Virus record (IMG/VR): IMGVR_UViG_2744054909_000002
Location: 1 to 40,201 of that record
Length of the DNA: 40,201 bases
Strand: one strand, 5' to 3'
Source of the DNA: a virus
Taxonomy: Duplodnaviria; Heunggongvirae; Uroviricota; Caudoviricetes
Position 1 is the stretch's first letter. The number at the start of each line of letters is the position of its first letter. Under the pieces are notes generated by a model. That model had not been told where the DNA came from and ran no database searches. It saw only the letters and a list, made by a program, of their open reading frames with translations. The translations under genes were made by a program, and so were the position numbers. This document shows, one piece after another, positions 8,427 through 18,006 of the stretch.

Positions 8427-10222
8427 TACCGACCTCCTCTGCCACTCAACCGGTTGGCATCCTTCATGTTTTGTTGCAGGCTATCTGCCGCAGTATTCCC
8501 GGCGACAACCGGATCGGATGTGTTGATGTGAATCGTGTTCTGCTGGCTGACGCTTGAATTGCTTGTCACGCCACCACCACCGAGTCCCACCGCAGCATTC
8601 ATGCCGTAAGGAATACCACCAGGACTCATGCCGCCGTTACCGCCGCCGGTTACTCCCTGCTGCTGTTCATCCTCACCGACCCCGAAGAATGACTTTGTCG
8701 CATTCCAGGCATTTGAAGCAGCGTTGCTGATAATATTGCTGATGTATTCCCCCAGCCCAGCAAAGATGTTTTTCGCCCAGTCAATAAAAGCCGTGAATGG
8801 TTTTTTCATCAGTTCGACGCCGTTATCGAAGATTTTTACCACATCCCCCCATGCACCTTCAAAATCGCCAGTGACTAACTTCCATAGTGCTGAGAACATC
8901 AGCTTCGTGTTTTCGATGGCAGTAGTGAATACATCAACGACAAACGAGCCGGCATCGCCAAACACGTATTTAATCGCATCACCAACGACACCAAATGCAC
9001 CAGTGATAAACGCTATAAGAGAATCAAAGATATTCTGCGCATCCTTCATCGCATCCTGAAAATCACCCGTAAACGCACCTGTGATGAGATGCCACACCAT
9101 CCTGAACATGGAGGCAATCGCATCAGCAAGCGGTTTAAACACGCCAATGGCGTAGTTTATGAAAGCCATGAGCGACGCTTTCGCCTCTTTCAGTGCGGGA
9201 ACAATATCTATTCCCCAGTTATCTTTGAAGAAATCAGCAATAACGCTTTGGCCACCTTCCATAGCCGTCAGCAAATCATCGATAACAAGAACGACAGCGA
9301 TAATGGCGGCAGTGATCAGTACGACAGGAGAGAATATGGTTGCCAGCACCGTTCTAAGTCCTATAGCAGCAATTTTCCAGGCTACAAATCCGGTGGTAAT
9401 AAGACCAATAATCGGCAGGAAGCGACGGATCATACCCATAACGGAGAAGATAATTTCCCCAAGATGGGCCAGCCCGTTTTTGATGAGATCCTTATTAGCA
9501 ATGAGAAAGTCCGTAAACCCATCCACCAGGTCTTTCAGTACCGGCACAAATCCGACGGCAACCTGAAATTTGATACCATCAAAGCCTTTCCCCAGCGTTG
9601 TCAGAGAATCGTTGTAGGCTGCAAACTGATCGGCCTGGTCTTGCGTGACAACACCAAGCGCTTCGGCCTTGTTCTGCAACGAAGATATTTCTTCGCCCGT
9701 CATGGATAGCAACTGCACCATGGAACGGTCGATACCCATCTTATCCAGAACAGAAAACTTCTCTGCCTGGCTCATGCCGTGCAGTTTGTCGGCCAGTTCA
9801 CGAAATATCACATCGGAGTTTTTTACCTGCCCGTTCATATCCTTGAACTGAAGGCCCAGCCTTTCCGCAACGTCTTTCGCCTCCCCCTCGCCGGTGGAAA
9901 CGAACTCCCCCACTCTTTTTGTCATCTCACCTAGCGAAGCCTGCAACGCATCAACACTTGAGCCATTTACAGACGCCGCGTAACCCAGTGACTGAACGGT
10001 CTCGATCGCCACCCCCGTTTCCCGGGAGAACTGGACCAGCGGATCAATAGACTGACTGACAGACGTCACCCAGCCAGCAACCCCCGCAGCCGAACCGGCG
10101 ATAGCGGCTCCAAGCCCGGCAAGCAAACCAATAGACGCTTTCAGATTTGCATTGAAGGTTTCCTGCGGCGCCAGATTACCGATAAAACCGAATTTGGTAA
10201 TAAGCTCGTTAACTATCGCCAT
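8426..10222 (-). CDS. Tail tape measure protein
   Basis: About 600 aa, hydrophobic membrane-like stretch mid-protein, Gly-rich C-terminus, located between chaperone and baseplate genes; start chosen at ATG 10222 with GGAG SD, track start 10288 is TTG. Confidence 0.75.
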   Translation of the reverse strand: MAIVNELITKFGFIGNLAPQETFNANLKASIGLLAGLGAAIAGSAAGVAGWVTSVSQSIDPLVQFSRETGVAIETVQSLGYAASVNGSSVDALQASLGEMTKRVGEFVSTGEGEAKDVAERLGLQFKDMNGQVKNSDVIFRELADKLHGMSQAEKFSVLDKMGIDRSMVQLLSMTGEEISSLQNKAEALGVVTQDQADQFAAYNDSLTTLGKGFDGIKFQVAVGFVPVLKDLVDGFTDFLIANKDLIKNGLAHLGEIIFSVMGMIRRFLPIIGLITTGFVAWKIAAIGLRTVLATIFSPVVLITAAIIAVVLVIDDLLTAMEGGQSVIADFFKDNWGIDIVPALKEAKASLMAFINYAIGVFKPLADAIASMFRMVWHLITGAFTGDFQDAMKDAQNIFDSLIAFITGAFGVVGDAIKYVFGDAGSFVVDVFTTAIENTKLMFSALWKLVTGDFEGAWGDVVKIFDNGVELMKKPFTAFIDWAKNIFAGLGEYISNIISNAASNAWNATKSFFGVGEDEQQQGVTGGGNGGMSPGGIPYGMNAAVGLGGGGVTSNSSVSQQNTIHINTSDPVVAGNTAADSLQQNMKDANRLSGRGGR

Positions 10223-10375
10223 TCCGCGCCTTCTCCATCTCGTAGTGTTGAATGTCTGCGCTGATATTCTCGAACTCAAGCATGTCAAACAGATCTGGTG
10301 TGTCTAATTTAACTAGTTCGTGATAGGGGCCGTATCCGGCCTTTGACAGCGCCAGATACATGCTCATGTCGTCGC

Positions 10376-10789
10376 TTATGTTCGAGGCTTTAACGTAAAT
10401 TTCTGAACGTCTGGAGCTTCTGAACGTGAGTTCATATTGCTCCCGCCCATAAAAGGCAGGCTGATAACCTGAAGCGCTGTTGTGATTAGCATGACGTAAT
10501 CACCAGGGTAGGATTCGAAGTGTTCCGGCTGCTTGGACAGTTGCACACCGTCAAACAGAACGTAATCGAACATCAGGCGTTCAATTTCCTCGAATCGCTC
10601 TGAGTCCAGAAACTCAAGAGACTGCCGCGATAACTCAGAGGCAATGCCTGTGAAGAAGGCAAAAACCTTGCGGCGTTTTTTGTGCGTCATCGCTGCAAAG
10701 TCGTAGCGGTTGCCGTTAATCTCAGCAAAACCGTCATCGTAGACCGCCTTGATCATCTCGAGTGCTTTTTTCTGCTGTTCTTTAGACAT
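10376..10789 (-). CDS. Tail assembly chaperone
   Basis: 137 aa between tail tube and tape measure genes; order only. Confidence 0.45.
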   Translation of the reverse strand: MSKEQQKKALEMIKAVYDDGFAEINGNRYDFAAMTHKKRRKVFAFFTGIASELSRQSLEFLDSERFEEIERLMFDYVLFDGVQLSKQPEHFESYPGDYVMLITTALQVISLPFMGGSNMNSRSEAPDVQKFTLKPRT

Positions 10790-10797
10790 ATCTGGCC

Positions 10798-11229
10798 TTA
10801 TACGTTACGCACGACATTGCGGTACTCAATGGTGTATTCCATTAGTGCGTTAACGTCCTGGTTGTTTTTGGTTTGCGTCGGTTGTGTAGTGATAGAACCG
10901 GCCTGTAGATCGTAGGTTTCCTTCAGTGCCGCGCCGTCGCGCACGAACGACTCTTTAACTGAGCCGTTAAGGACAACGGGGATCGCGGCGTTGCGCTGCT
11001 GGTTAAGCCAGATATCATCGTTAGAAAATTTCTGGACACGTATCACCATCACATGCACCCCGGCATCAACACGCCCGGAGATTGTGACGCCGTTATTCGC
11101 ACTATTGGCGCGGCTTGTAAGAGGATTGGATGGCGTCAGCGTGACGTAGTCCCCCGCAGCGATATCCGTGATGATTCGCCCATTCAGAACGATGGTCGCG
11201 GTATCTGCACTGATAACAATCTTAGACAT
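10798..11229 (-). CDS. Tail tube protein
   Basis: 143 aa immediately downstream of sheath gene. Confidence 0.6.
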   Translation of the reverse strand: MSKIVISADTATIVLNGRIITDIAAGDYVTLTPSNPLTSRANSANNGVTISGRVDAGVHVMVIRVQKFSNDDIWLNQQRNAAIPVVLNGSVKESFVRDGAALKETYDLQAGSITTQPTQTKNNQDVNALMEYTIEYRNVVRNV

Positions 11230-11239
11230 TTACCGCTCC

Positions 11240-12742
11240 TTATTTATTGAAATTGATGATGATATCGGCACTGTGAACAGCACCAGCATTCTTCACTGCT
11301 ACCTGAACAACCGGGGATTTGCGTTCCTGCCTGTCTGCGGTTGACTGGTCTTTCAGGTCACCGGCCAGCACGTAATACCCGTTTTGCTCGATATTTCGCA
11401 GAAACATATCCCGATCCCCGAAGAAGTCAGGCAGCGTCCAGGTACCCGGATTGAACACCCCAGCCTTCACAAACCCATGCGTGGTTTTCTCTACACAGTC
11501 CTCTAACTGATCAACGCCATAATAGGTTTGTGGGACTTTAGTCGGCGTGGTTTTAAGGAGGTTGAAGGAATCCGTCTGCACTGCGTCAACGTAGGCCATC
11601 AGGTTATAGACGTTGTCGACAAAATCATTAGCACCGCTTGACAGCACGCAGGGAACGTCTTTAATCGTGGTGTAGATGTCGAGACCTACGCGCTTCGCTT
11701 TGTCGATCTCCGTCTGCTCATAACTTTCGGCCGGCACGTTCATCGTTTTGAGGTGCAAAGTGATTGCAGTGCGTTCTCCGTTGAAATTAACGGTATGCGT
11801 GCGCGCCATATAGCTAACACTAAATTTCCGGTTGCCTGATTTGCTGTAGAGCATGCGGAAATTACTCTGGCTGGCGAGTGTTACCGCCCATGCCGGGTTA
11901 GTCGGATCAACTTCCAGAGCTGCCGAACCGGTAAATGTCTCATACACGATTACCGCGTTCGCTTTAGCCCATGAAGCGATCAACGGCACCTGCGCATCGA
12001 GAATTTTGTCGATGAAGGCCGCGCCTTTTACGTTGACCTGCGCTTTGAGTTTGCTGAGAGATTCCAGTTGTGTTTCCGGTGAAATCTCAGTTGATGCGCT
12101 ACCGTTTACCAGCGAAGCGCCGGAACCCTCCGCAACCGCCAGCAGATCGCCAATAAAAGAGCCACCATCCAGCACTGTCGGATAACCAACAACAGAGTTA
12201 GTCCCTGTCGATTTGCTGGTAATCGCTATACGGCTGCCATCAAAAACAACCGATGCAACATCTGGCGTAATTTTCGCCTGGATTTGGGCGATTACATCTG
12301 CCAGTGTCGTCGCCGTCATGCCATTAATTTCGGTCACATCGTGCTTCGTACCGTCAATCTCAATACTGAATGACCAGTCAGACTTCTCGCGTAACGCTGG
12401 CAGTACGACTGCCTGAGAAATCTCACCGCCACGCAGTACACCGCTGGTCGCAGGCAGCGTTTCCCCGGCAGCGTTCCAGTAACCGACGATCAGCGTGCCG
12501 CCCGCGGATACCGGGTTAGGGCTGGTCCCGAAAAACACATTCGCAAATGCTGCGGTGACCGAAGAAGCCCCCCAGTCCTGTTCGACAGCAGATGCGCTTT
12601 TGTATGAACGCCAGCGTTCAGCGGTGCTCAATACCCCCGTCTGGCTGGTAAGCATTGCGCAAACGTTGATGTTATCTCGCGCCGCCGCCCGTCCCTCTTC
12701 GAGAAGCGTCACATTAATGACGTTATTAATTGATGCCGACAT
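11240..12742 (-). CDS. Contractile tail sheath protein
   Basis: 500 aa, size and position as Mu L / P2 FI sheath proteins. Confidence 0.72.
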   Translation of the reverse strand: MSASINNVINVTLLEEGRAAARDNINVCAMLTSQTGVLSTAERWRSYKSASAVEQDWGASSVTAAFANVFFGTSPNPVSAGGTLIVGYWNAAGETLPATSGVLRGGEISQAVVLPALREKSDWSFSIEIDGTKHDVTEINGMTATTLADVIAQIQAKITPDVASVVFDGSRIAITSKSTGTNSVVGYPTVLDGGSFIGDLLAVAEGSGASLVNGSASTEISPETQLESLSKLKAQVNVKGAAFIDKILDAQVPLIASWAKANAVIVYETFTGSAALEVDPTNPAWAVTLASQSNFRMLYSKSGNRKFSVSYMARTHTVNFNGERTAITLHLKTMNVPAESYEQTEIDKAKRVGLDIYTTIKDVPCVLSSGANDFVDNVYNLMAYVDAVQTDSFNLLKTTPTKVPQTYYGVDQLEDCVEKTTHGFVKAGVFNPGTWTLPDFFGDRDMFLRNIEQNGYYVLAGDLKDQSTADRQERKSPVVQVAVKNAGAVHSADIIINFNK

Positions 12743-13231
12743 TTACTTATCCTCTAAAAATTGAAACTGCGGCGTATCGATGCGCAGTGTCTGCACGTCC
12801 CGCGCAGGGGCATACTGAACATTGAAACTCAGGTGAACACGGTTGCCGTGGGACTGCCCCAGGAGTTGCCCCACATCGATGATGTTTGAGACGGCCATGA
12901 TGGTGAGTGAATGCGTGCGGCGCAGTTCGTTGGCGTGCTGGCTTTCACTCAGCATCAGGAAGCTTTCAGCATTGACGTAAGCCTTATCCCCGTAAAACTC
13001 CAGGGCAATCGCGTGACTCACTGAGGCGCTATAAGTCATCACTTCAGCGTCACCATTAAAGCGCTGGCCCCGGGCCAGCACTGATTGCGGTAGTGAGCCG
13101 TTTACCACGATATAACTGGTGGAAAAGTCGGACGCCTGCACGTTCCGGCGGTCGAACTTGATCAGTTGCTCGTCGTAGTCCAGAAGGTCACGCACGAAAC
13201 GCGCGACCGCTTTCAGATGGGGTTGTGTCAT
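12743..13231 (-). CDS. Head-tail joining / tail completion protein
   Basis: Position between capsid and sheath genes; coupled ORF. Confidence 0.4.
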   Translation of the reverse strand: MTQPHLKAVARFVRDLLDYDEQLIKFDRRNVQASDFSTSYIVVNGSLPQSVLARGQRFNGDAEVMTYSASVSHAIALEFYGDKAYVNAESFLMLSESQHANELRRTHSLTIMAVSNIIDVGQLLGQSHGNRVHLSFNVQYAPARDVQTLRIDTPQFQFLEDK

Positions 13232-13584
13232 GGCGTTGGCACCAGTAGCGGGAGCCGGGTTTCCTCAGCTATGACGGCGCAGAATCCATAATCCATGTAA
13301 TCAGCCGGGGACACGACTTTGTAATCCTTGCCTCCCTTCTCAATAAACTGACCGGTTTCAATTTTCAGCCGTGCATGAATCAGCAGATATTCTTTCGACC
13401 AGTCCAGGCTATCCAGCGTCAGATTCTCTTTGTTCGCACTTTGCACCACCGCCAGAATGTCCTGGCTGCTAACAGTCACGGACGGTTCAAAATCGATGGT
13501 GGTTTCAGTACGGGTTTTGAGTTTTACAGGCTGTTCCCAGCCGATTAATGCGTCGCTCATATCAAGGTCTGATAAGTCGCTCAC
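13228..13584 (-). CDS. Head-tail joining protein
   Basis: Position; overlapping start/stop with neighbours. Confidence 0.4.
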   Translation of the reverse strand: MSDLSDLDMSDALIGWEQPVKLKTRTETTIDFEPSVTVSSQDILAVVQSANKENLTLDSLDWSKEYLLIHARLKIETGQFIEKGGKDYKVVSPADYMDYGFCAVIAEETRLPLLVPTP

Positions 13585-14162
13585 TTACGAACCTCCCACG
13601 TTATGGCACCACGCAGGGCGCCTGTATCAATTAACGGCGCAGACGATCCTTTAGCCTTTTTAGTTGCAGCAGTGATATCTGACCACGTGCCATACCCGGC
13701 AGTCTCAAAGGCCTTCACGCTGATATTTCGCGCCGTCGCGCCTATCAAATTTAATGCGGTGTCAGCATCCATACGCCCGGAGCCTACGGCTTCACAGGCC
13801 TTTTCGATTGCCCGGTTAATTTCCGACTTTTTGAGGGTGAAAGGAGCGCGAAGAAAGGATCGTTCAGGAATCGTTATCTTGTGAGCCGCTGTAAATCCGC
13901 TAACCGGACCCATGAAGGTCTTGCGGGTAAACGTAGCTTTTCCACCGGTTGCCATATACCCCGTCCCGCCAGGGTGATCGATTTCAGCACCGAACTCGTG
14001 AACCGCCCCGATCTCAATTATCGATGTTCCGTCATCGTGGGTTTTATTTCCCACCTTGCCCGCTGGCAAACCTACGGCGACGTAATGGGTTTTCATCGCC
14101 TGAAGGTTCTTCAGATATTCCGTGGTTAGTCTTAAGGTTTCTTCTGGCGTCATGAGAAACAC
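13581..14162 (-). CDS. Virion morphogenesis / head-tail connector protein
   Basis: Position between capsid and tail genes. Confidence 0.4.
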   Translation of the reverse strand: MFLMTPEETLRLTTEYLKNLQAMKTHYVAVGLPAGKVGNKTHDDGTSIIEIGAVHEFGAEIDHPGGTGYMATGGKATFTRKTFMGPVSGFTAAHKITIPERSFLRAPFTLKKSEINRAIEKACEAVGSGRMDADTALNLIGATARNISVKAFETAGYGTWSDITAATKKAKGSSAPLIDTGALRGAITWEVRK

Positions 14163-14168
14163 TCCGCC

Positions 14169-14531
14169 CTAACGAATCGCCAGCACGTGGACGCCCACCA
14201 GCTTACGTAACCTGATGTATTCCTGGCCGTAAGAACTGGAGGCATAACCATCGTGATTTGCACCAAACCCGGCATCCGGGGCGGAATACCCTAAAGACAA
14301 TCCAGCCACTGAACGACTGGTTATTGACTGGGCAGTTTTGCCGCTGGAATTTCCGGAAGGGGTTAACGCACCTGAGGCATAAAGAAGATGTGCCGCTAAA
14401 GCATGAAGCCCTTGCTCATAGAGCTTGTTCCATACTTTGCGGCTCATCTGGTTTGCTGCATCCTGTAGCGCCCCTTCTATTCGAGCAGGGGCAACACTGG
14501 CGAACTCGGGGTAACGAACGGTGAAATCCAT
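14169..14531 (-). CDS. Head completion / connector protein
   Basis: ATG at 14531 with GGGGG SD directly after capsid stop; track ORF extends spuriously into capsid gene. Confidence 0.4.
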   Translation of the reverse strand: MDFTVRYPEFASVAPARIEGALQDAANQMSRKVWNKLYEQGLHALAAHLLYASGALTPSGNSSGKTAQSITSRSVAGLSLGYSAPDAGFGANHDGYASSSYGQEYIRLRKLVGVHVLAIR

Positions 14532-14545
14532 GCTACCCCCTGTGA

Positions 14546-15514
14546 TTACTCTGCCGGAGAGGATTTGTAATCCACATACACCGCGGACTGCGGCTGTTTC
14601 CACATCGCACCACCGAAGGCAGAACGATAGCCACACTCATAGGTCAACAGGTCGCGGGAGCGCACAGCCAGAAGCTCTGGCATATGAACTTCCATTTCAA
14701 GGTAATCAGCCTCGTAGGTGTAAACCGCCAGACGCGTTTTTCCCGCCTTGATGCCGACCGCATAATTACTTGGCACCTTAACAAACGTGATGCTGAACGA
14801 TTCGTTACCTGACGCTTTACGCAGTGCAGCCATAATCCGATCCATCGCAGCAATAGGAAGCAGGTCAGTTCCTACGATTACTGGCGTTGGGTCGAACTTC
14901 TGCATGGCGAGCATAAAGTCGCTGGCATCCATTGCAATATGCGTAGGCTGAATGCGGTAGCTGGACTTGCGCCACGCCACGTTGTAAGCATCCAGCACCA
15001 GCTTAACGAATTCATCTGACGTCATATCAGTAATGGTCTTGTTGGCTGGATCGGTAATCAACTGAACAGCAGAGCCAGTCAATAACCCTTCTTGCCCCTT
15101 CACTCCGCCATGCCCCACGTATCCAGCATACTGAATCGTTGCCAGGGCGTTTGCGTACAGGTCATCCTGCTTTTTGGATTGCAGGTTGATGTTCAGGCGG
15201 GCGATCTTCTCCAGTTCCTGCTGCGTCCAGGTGGCGGCCTTTGCCCACTGTCCAACAGGCGCTTTCATCCATTCGATATCGCTATCGATAGTTTTCAGGC
15301 TGTTGGTTTTATTACCGATAATGCCGTCTTTTACAGAGCCGACAACTTTAGATACGCCGAAATCAACGTACTCCAGAGCGAAGTCCAACCCTTCTTTAAC
15401 CGGCAATGCTTCACCGATGTTAATTTCCGGCAACTCTTTTTCCTGCAACTGCATATCGCGCTCAGTTAGCACCTCTTGCAGTACGTTTTCAAAATCTGCG
15501 GCTTCCATTGGCAT
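14546..15514 (-). CDS. Major capsid protein
   Basis: 322 aa following scaffold/protease and decoration-like genes; order and size. Confidence 0.6.
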   Translation of the reverse strand: MPMEAADFENVLQEVLTERDMQLQEKELPEINIGEALPVKEGLDFALEYVDFGVSKVVGSVKDGIIGNKTNSLKTIDSDIEWMKAPVGQWAKAATWTQQELEKIARLNINLQSKKQDDLYANALATIQYAGYVGHGGVKGQEGLLTGSAVQLITDPANKTITDMTSDEFVKLVLDAYNVAWRKSSYRIQPTHIAMDASDFMLAMQKFDPTPVIVGTDLLPIAAMDRIMAALRKASGNESFSITFVKVPSNYAVGIKAGKTRLAVYTYEADYLEMEVHMPELLAVRSRDLLTYECGYRSAFGGAMWKQPQSAVYVDYKSSPAE

Positions 15515-15517
15515 TGG

Positions 15518-16000
15518 TTATACTCCTGCTGCCGTTTTCTGTACGTAACCCAGGGTGATCGCCACGCAGTTATTACCTGCGCTTACATCCTCAACCCAGT
15601 AACCCAAATCAATATTGCCGATTGCCACATTGGTAACCTTGCCAGCATCTGCCCCGGCAGGGATGATGTAAGCGGTGTCGCCGCGAGCAAAGTCTGCTGC
15701 ATCTACGGTCAGGGCGCCCACGCAGTCACCGTGAGAGAAGTGACCGATGTTTGCCTGCTTGTTAGCTGGTGACGCTTCACCGTAGATATCGCGAACGACA
15801 ATGCCGTGAATGCGGGTATCAGCTGCCAGTGGCATTACTCCGCCAAGCGGGTTAACTGCCACGAAAGTACCGTAGGCCAGTGGTGTATCCGTCAGGTTCT
15901 CTTCGCCCCAGATTTTATCGTTAGAGCTGGAGGCGCGTTTGATTGAACCTGGTTTAATAGTGCCGTCGGCACCGTCCCAGTCAGTGAATCCAAATGCCAT
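15518..16000 (-). CDS. Capsid decoration / accessory head protein
   Basis: 160 aa between scaffold/protease and major capsid, as lambda D relative to E. Confidence 0.4.
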   Translation of the reverse strand: MAFGFTDWDGADGTIKPGSIKRASSSNDKIWGEENLTDTPLAYGTFVAVNPLGGVMPLAADTRIHGIVVRDIYGEASPANKQANIGHFSHGDCVGALTVDAADFARGDTAYIIPAGADAGKVTNVAIGNIDLGYWVEDVSAGNNCVAITLGYVQKTAAGV

Positions 16001-16002
16001 GA

Positions 16003-17151
16003 TTATTTACCCCCAAGGCGTTGAGTTGCGGTTTTGGTGCTTTGTTTCGAGGAGTCGTTGAGCAGGTGAGCACCGATTTCACTACGCGGCTTAGAGGTCG
16101 CCTGAATGGCTGCGTAAGCGGCACGTACTTCGCTGTCGGTCATTGTTTTAACCTGGGCATCGTTAAATGCCTTAGTGCTCACCAGAACAGCGGCGCGAAC
16201 GTCACGCGCTGATTTGGCATCGTTGAAATTTACTTTCGGGAACCGGGCTTTTGCGTCAGCAAGTGTAGTGCTGGCTTCATTGCCAGATTTCAGTTGCTCA
16301 AGCTCGTCTTCCAGCGCCTTAATCTTCGCTTTAAGATCGGCGTTTTCGGTTTCAAGCGCAGCGATTTTCGTGTCCTTGTCATCGCCACCAGCAGTACCTG
16401 GATCTTCATCGGTGGTCACCGGCGCCCCGGTCATGCCTTCCAGTTGTTTCTTGAGGTCTGCGAGTTGCGCCAGCACTTCCTGAGCCTGCGCCGTCGCTTC
16501 TTCTGTTCCCTGCCCACTCAAATCTTCCAGAGCTTTTTCCAGTGCGGCGATCATTCCGACCAGTTCATCAGGAGTTAGCGCGGCGCCTTCCGCATCCTTC
16601 AGTTTTTTGCCCTTCAGGAAACGCAGGGCATCAGTTAATGTTTTGAACATTGGCTTACCTTTTTTGTCGTTTAACTTACACTGAGGTCCGTAACGCCCCT
16701 CTGCCACGCCCGCGACGTGATTGCCGCGAATGTTAATGTGGTAAAACTTCCCGCCACGCTCCACCAGCTCCGCAGGCTCATAACCCACTGAAACCTCACG
16801 TATCCCCGTCTCCTCGAGCGTCTCTATTGCTGCGGCATCAGTCAGATAAACGTCGCAAACCACCTCACCACCTTCGATGCGTGTGTTAGCAATGTGACCA
16901 GATGCCTTGTCTTTATGGTCTGCAGCGGTCACCTCCCCGTCATCGGGGTGAGTAATGGTGAACGGGAGGCCGTTGAAGGAAGCGAGTGTTTCGGGTTTAG
17001 ACAGTTCGTCGAGGGTGCGGATAACGGTGATTTTTTTGTTGGCATCGCTGCCGGTTAACCCGAGTTCGTGGCCGTAATACTCAATCGGCCCGGCACGGGT
17101 TATCGTCGCAGTGGTAATCACGTACCCCTGCGGTGTTCGTTTCCACTTCAT
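16003..17151 (-). CDS. Prohead protease / scaffolding protein
   Basis: 382 aa with Ala/Glu/Lys-rich coiled-coil central region typical of scaffolds; follows portal and F-like genes. Confidence 0.5.
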   Translation of the reverse strand: MKWKRTPQGYVITTATITRAGPIEYYGHELGLTGSDANKKITVIRTLDELSKPETLASFNGLPFTITHPDDGEVTAADHKDKASGHIANTRIEGGEVVCDVYLTDAAAIETLEETGIREVSVGYEPAELVERGGKFYHINIRGNHVAGVAEGRYGPQCKLNDKKGKPMFKTLTDALRFLKGKKLKDAEGAALTPDELVGMIAALEKALEDLSGQGTEEATAQAQEVLAQLADLKKQLEGMTGAPVTTDEDPGTAGGDDKDTKIAALETENADLKAKIKALEDELEQLKSGNEASTTLADAKARFPKVNFNDAKSARDVRAAVLVSTKAFNDAQVKTMTDSEVRAAYAAIQATSKPRSEIGAHLLNDSSKQSTKTATQRLGGK

Positions 17152-17154
17152 AAA

Positions 17155-18006
17155 TTAATCCCATGAGACGTAAGGGAGAGCGAGGCACCGGCACTGGTAA
17201 TCTTCACCAGGTTTGCCGATAAATGCCCCGATGGTTGATCGCTTCTTCCAGGTCTTGCCGCCGTCGTCTGAATAGACTGTCGGGTCGGAGTATTTACAGA
17301 GCATGCCGTTAAGCACTAAATGGCTGTCCCTTTCACGCTCATCCCCTGTGCCGCCCCACTCGTAAATATCAAGGCCCAGCGCAACGTTCCGGGCTTCTGT
17401 GAAGTCAGCGTTAAGTTTTGAAGTCTGGTCGCGCGCGATGAATTTCGCACGGCTTCGGGTAACTCCGCCACGCTCTTTGATAATGTCGATCAGGTTTTCA
17501 TGCCGACCACCGTCCTTCATATTGGCGAAAACCGCTTCGCCGATATCGTGGATAAAATCGGTATGGATGGAGGTGATCAGATCAACGTTGTCACTTACCG
17601 CCTTTTCCATTTCCGGCTTTATCGCTCCATCGCCGAGCAAGCCGGTAAGGTCGATTCCAAAAGCCTGGAAGAAAGTGCGCTGCGTCTGTTCTTTGTTCTG
17701 AAAGTTCGCGCGCGCGACGAACCCGGCAGAGAGCCTGGCGGCGACTTCCTTGATGGAAATGCTCGCCAGGCGCTGCATGACAGCGGCAAGTCGCGCCGTA
17801 ACAGACAGCGGAGTAGTATCAGTGGCATCAGTCAGGGTAGGCTTGTCCAGCTCATCAATGTAGGCCTGAACCATTCCGTCAATGAACTCTGTAAGCCGAT
17901 CCCGGTACCAGACCTCAGCGCGCTTACTCGGTGTTGGGGGGCGCATCCTCCGGCGGCGAGGCTTACGCCGCCCCTGCTGGCGCTCCAGTAGCAGTTTTAG
18001 TTCCAT
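17155..18006 (-). CDS. Head morphogenesis protein (Mu gpF / SPP1 gp7-like)
   Basis: Position after portal; start at ATG 18006 chosen on SD, overlaps portal 3' end by 44 nt. Confidence 0.5.
   Translation of the reverse strand: MELKLLLERQQGRRKPRRRRMRPPTPSKRAEVWYRDRLTEFIDGMVQAYIDELDKPTLTDATDTTPLSVTARLAAVMQRLASISIKEVAARLSAGFVARANFQNKEQTQRTFFQAFGIDLTGLLGDGAIKPEMEKAVSDNVDLITSIHTDFIHDIGEAVFANMKDGGRHENLIDIIKERGGVTRSRAKFIARDQTSKLNADFTEARNVALGLDIYEWGGTGDERERDSHLVLNGMLCKYSDPTVYSDDGGKTWKKRSTIGAFIGKPGEDYQCRCLALPYVSWD

Noticed and set aside
9089-9709. 206-aa plus-strand ORF antisense to the tape measure gene (similar antisense ORFs at 19922..20377, 22640..23011, 28852..29349, 34446..35054)
   Set aside because: Each lies wholly inside a well-supported gene on the other strand, has no SD and has skewed composition; long antisense ORFs are expected by chance in GC-balanced coding DNA.
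10289-10450. Programmed -1 frameshift extension of the tail assembly chaperone
   Set aside because: No canonical slippery heptamer seen near the 3' end of 10376..10789 and no extended overlapping frame of meaningful length; cannot be supported from sequence alone.
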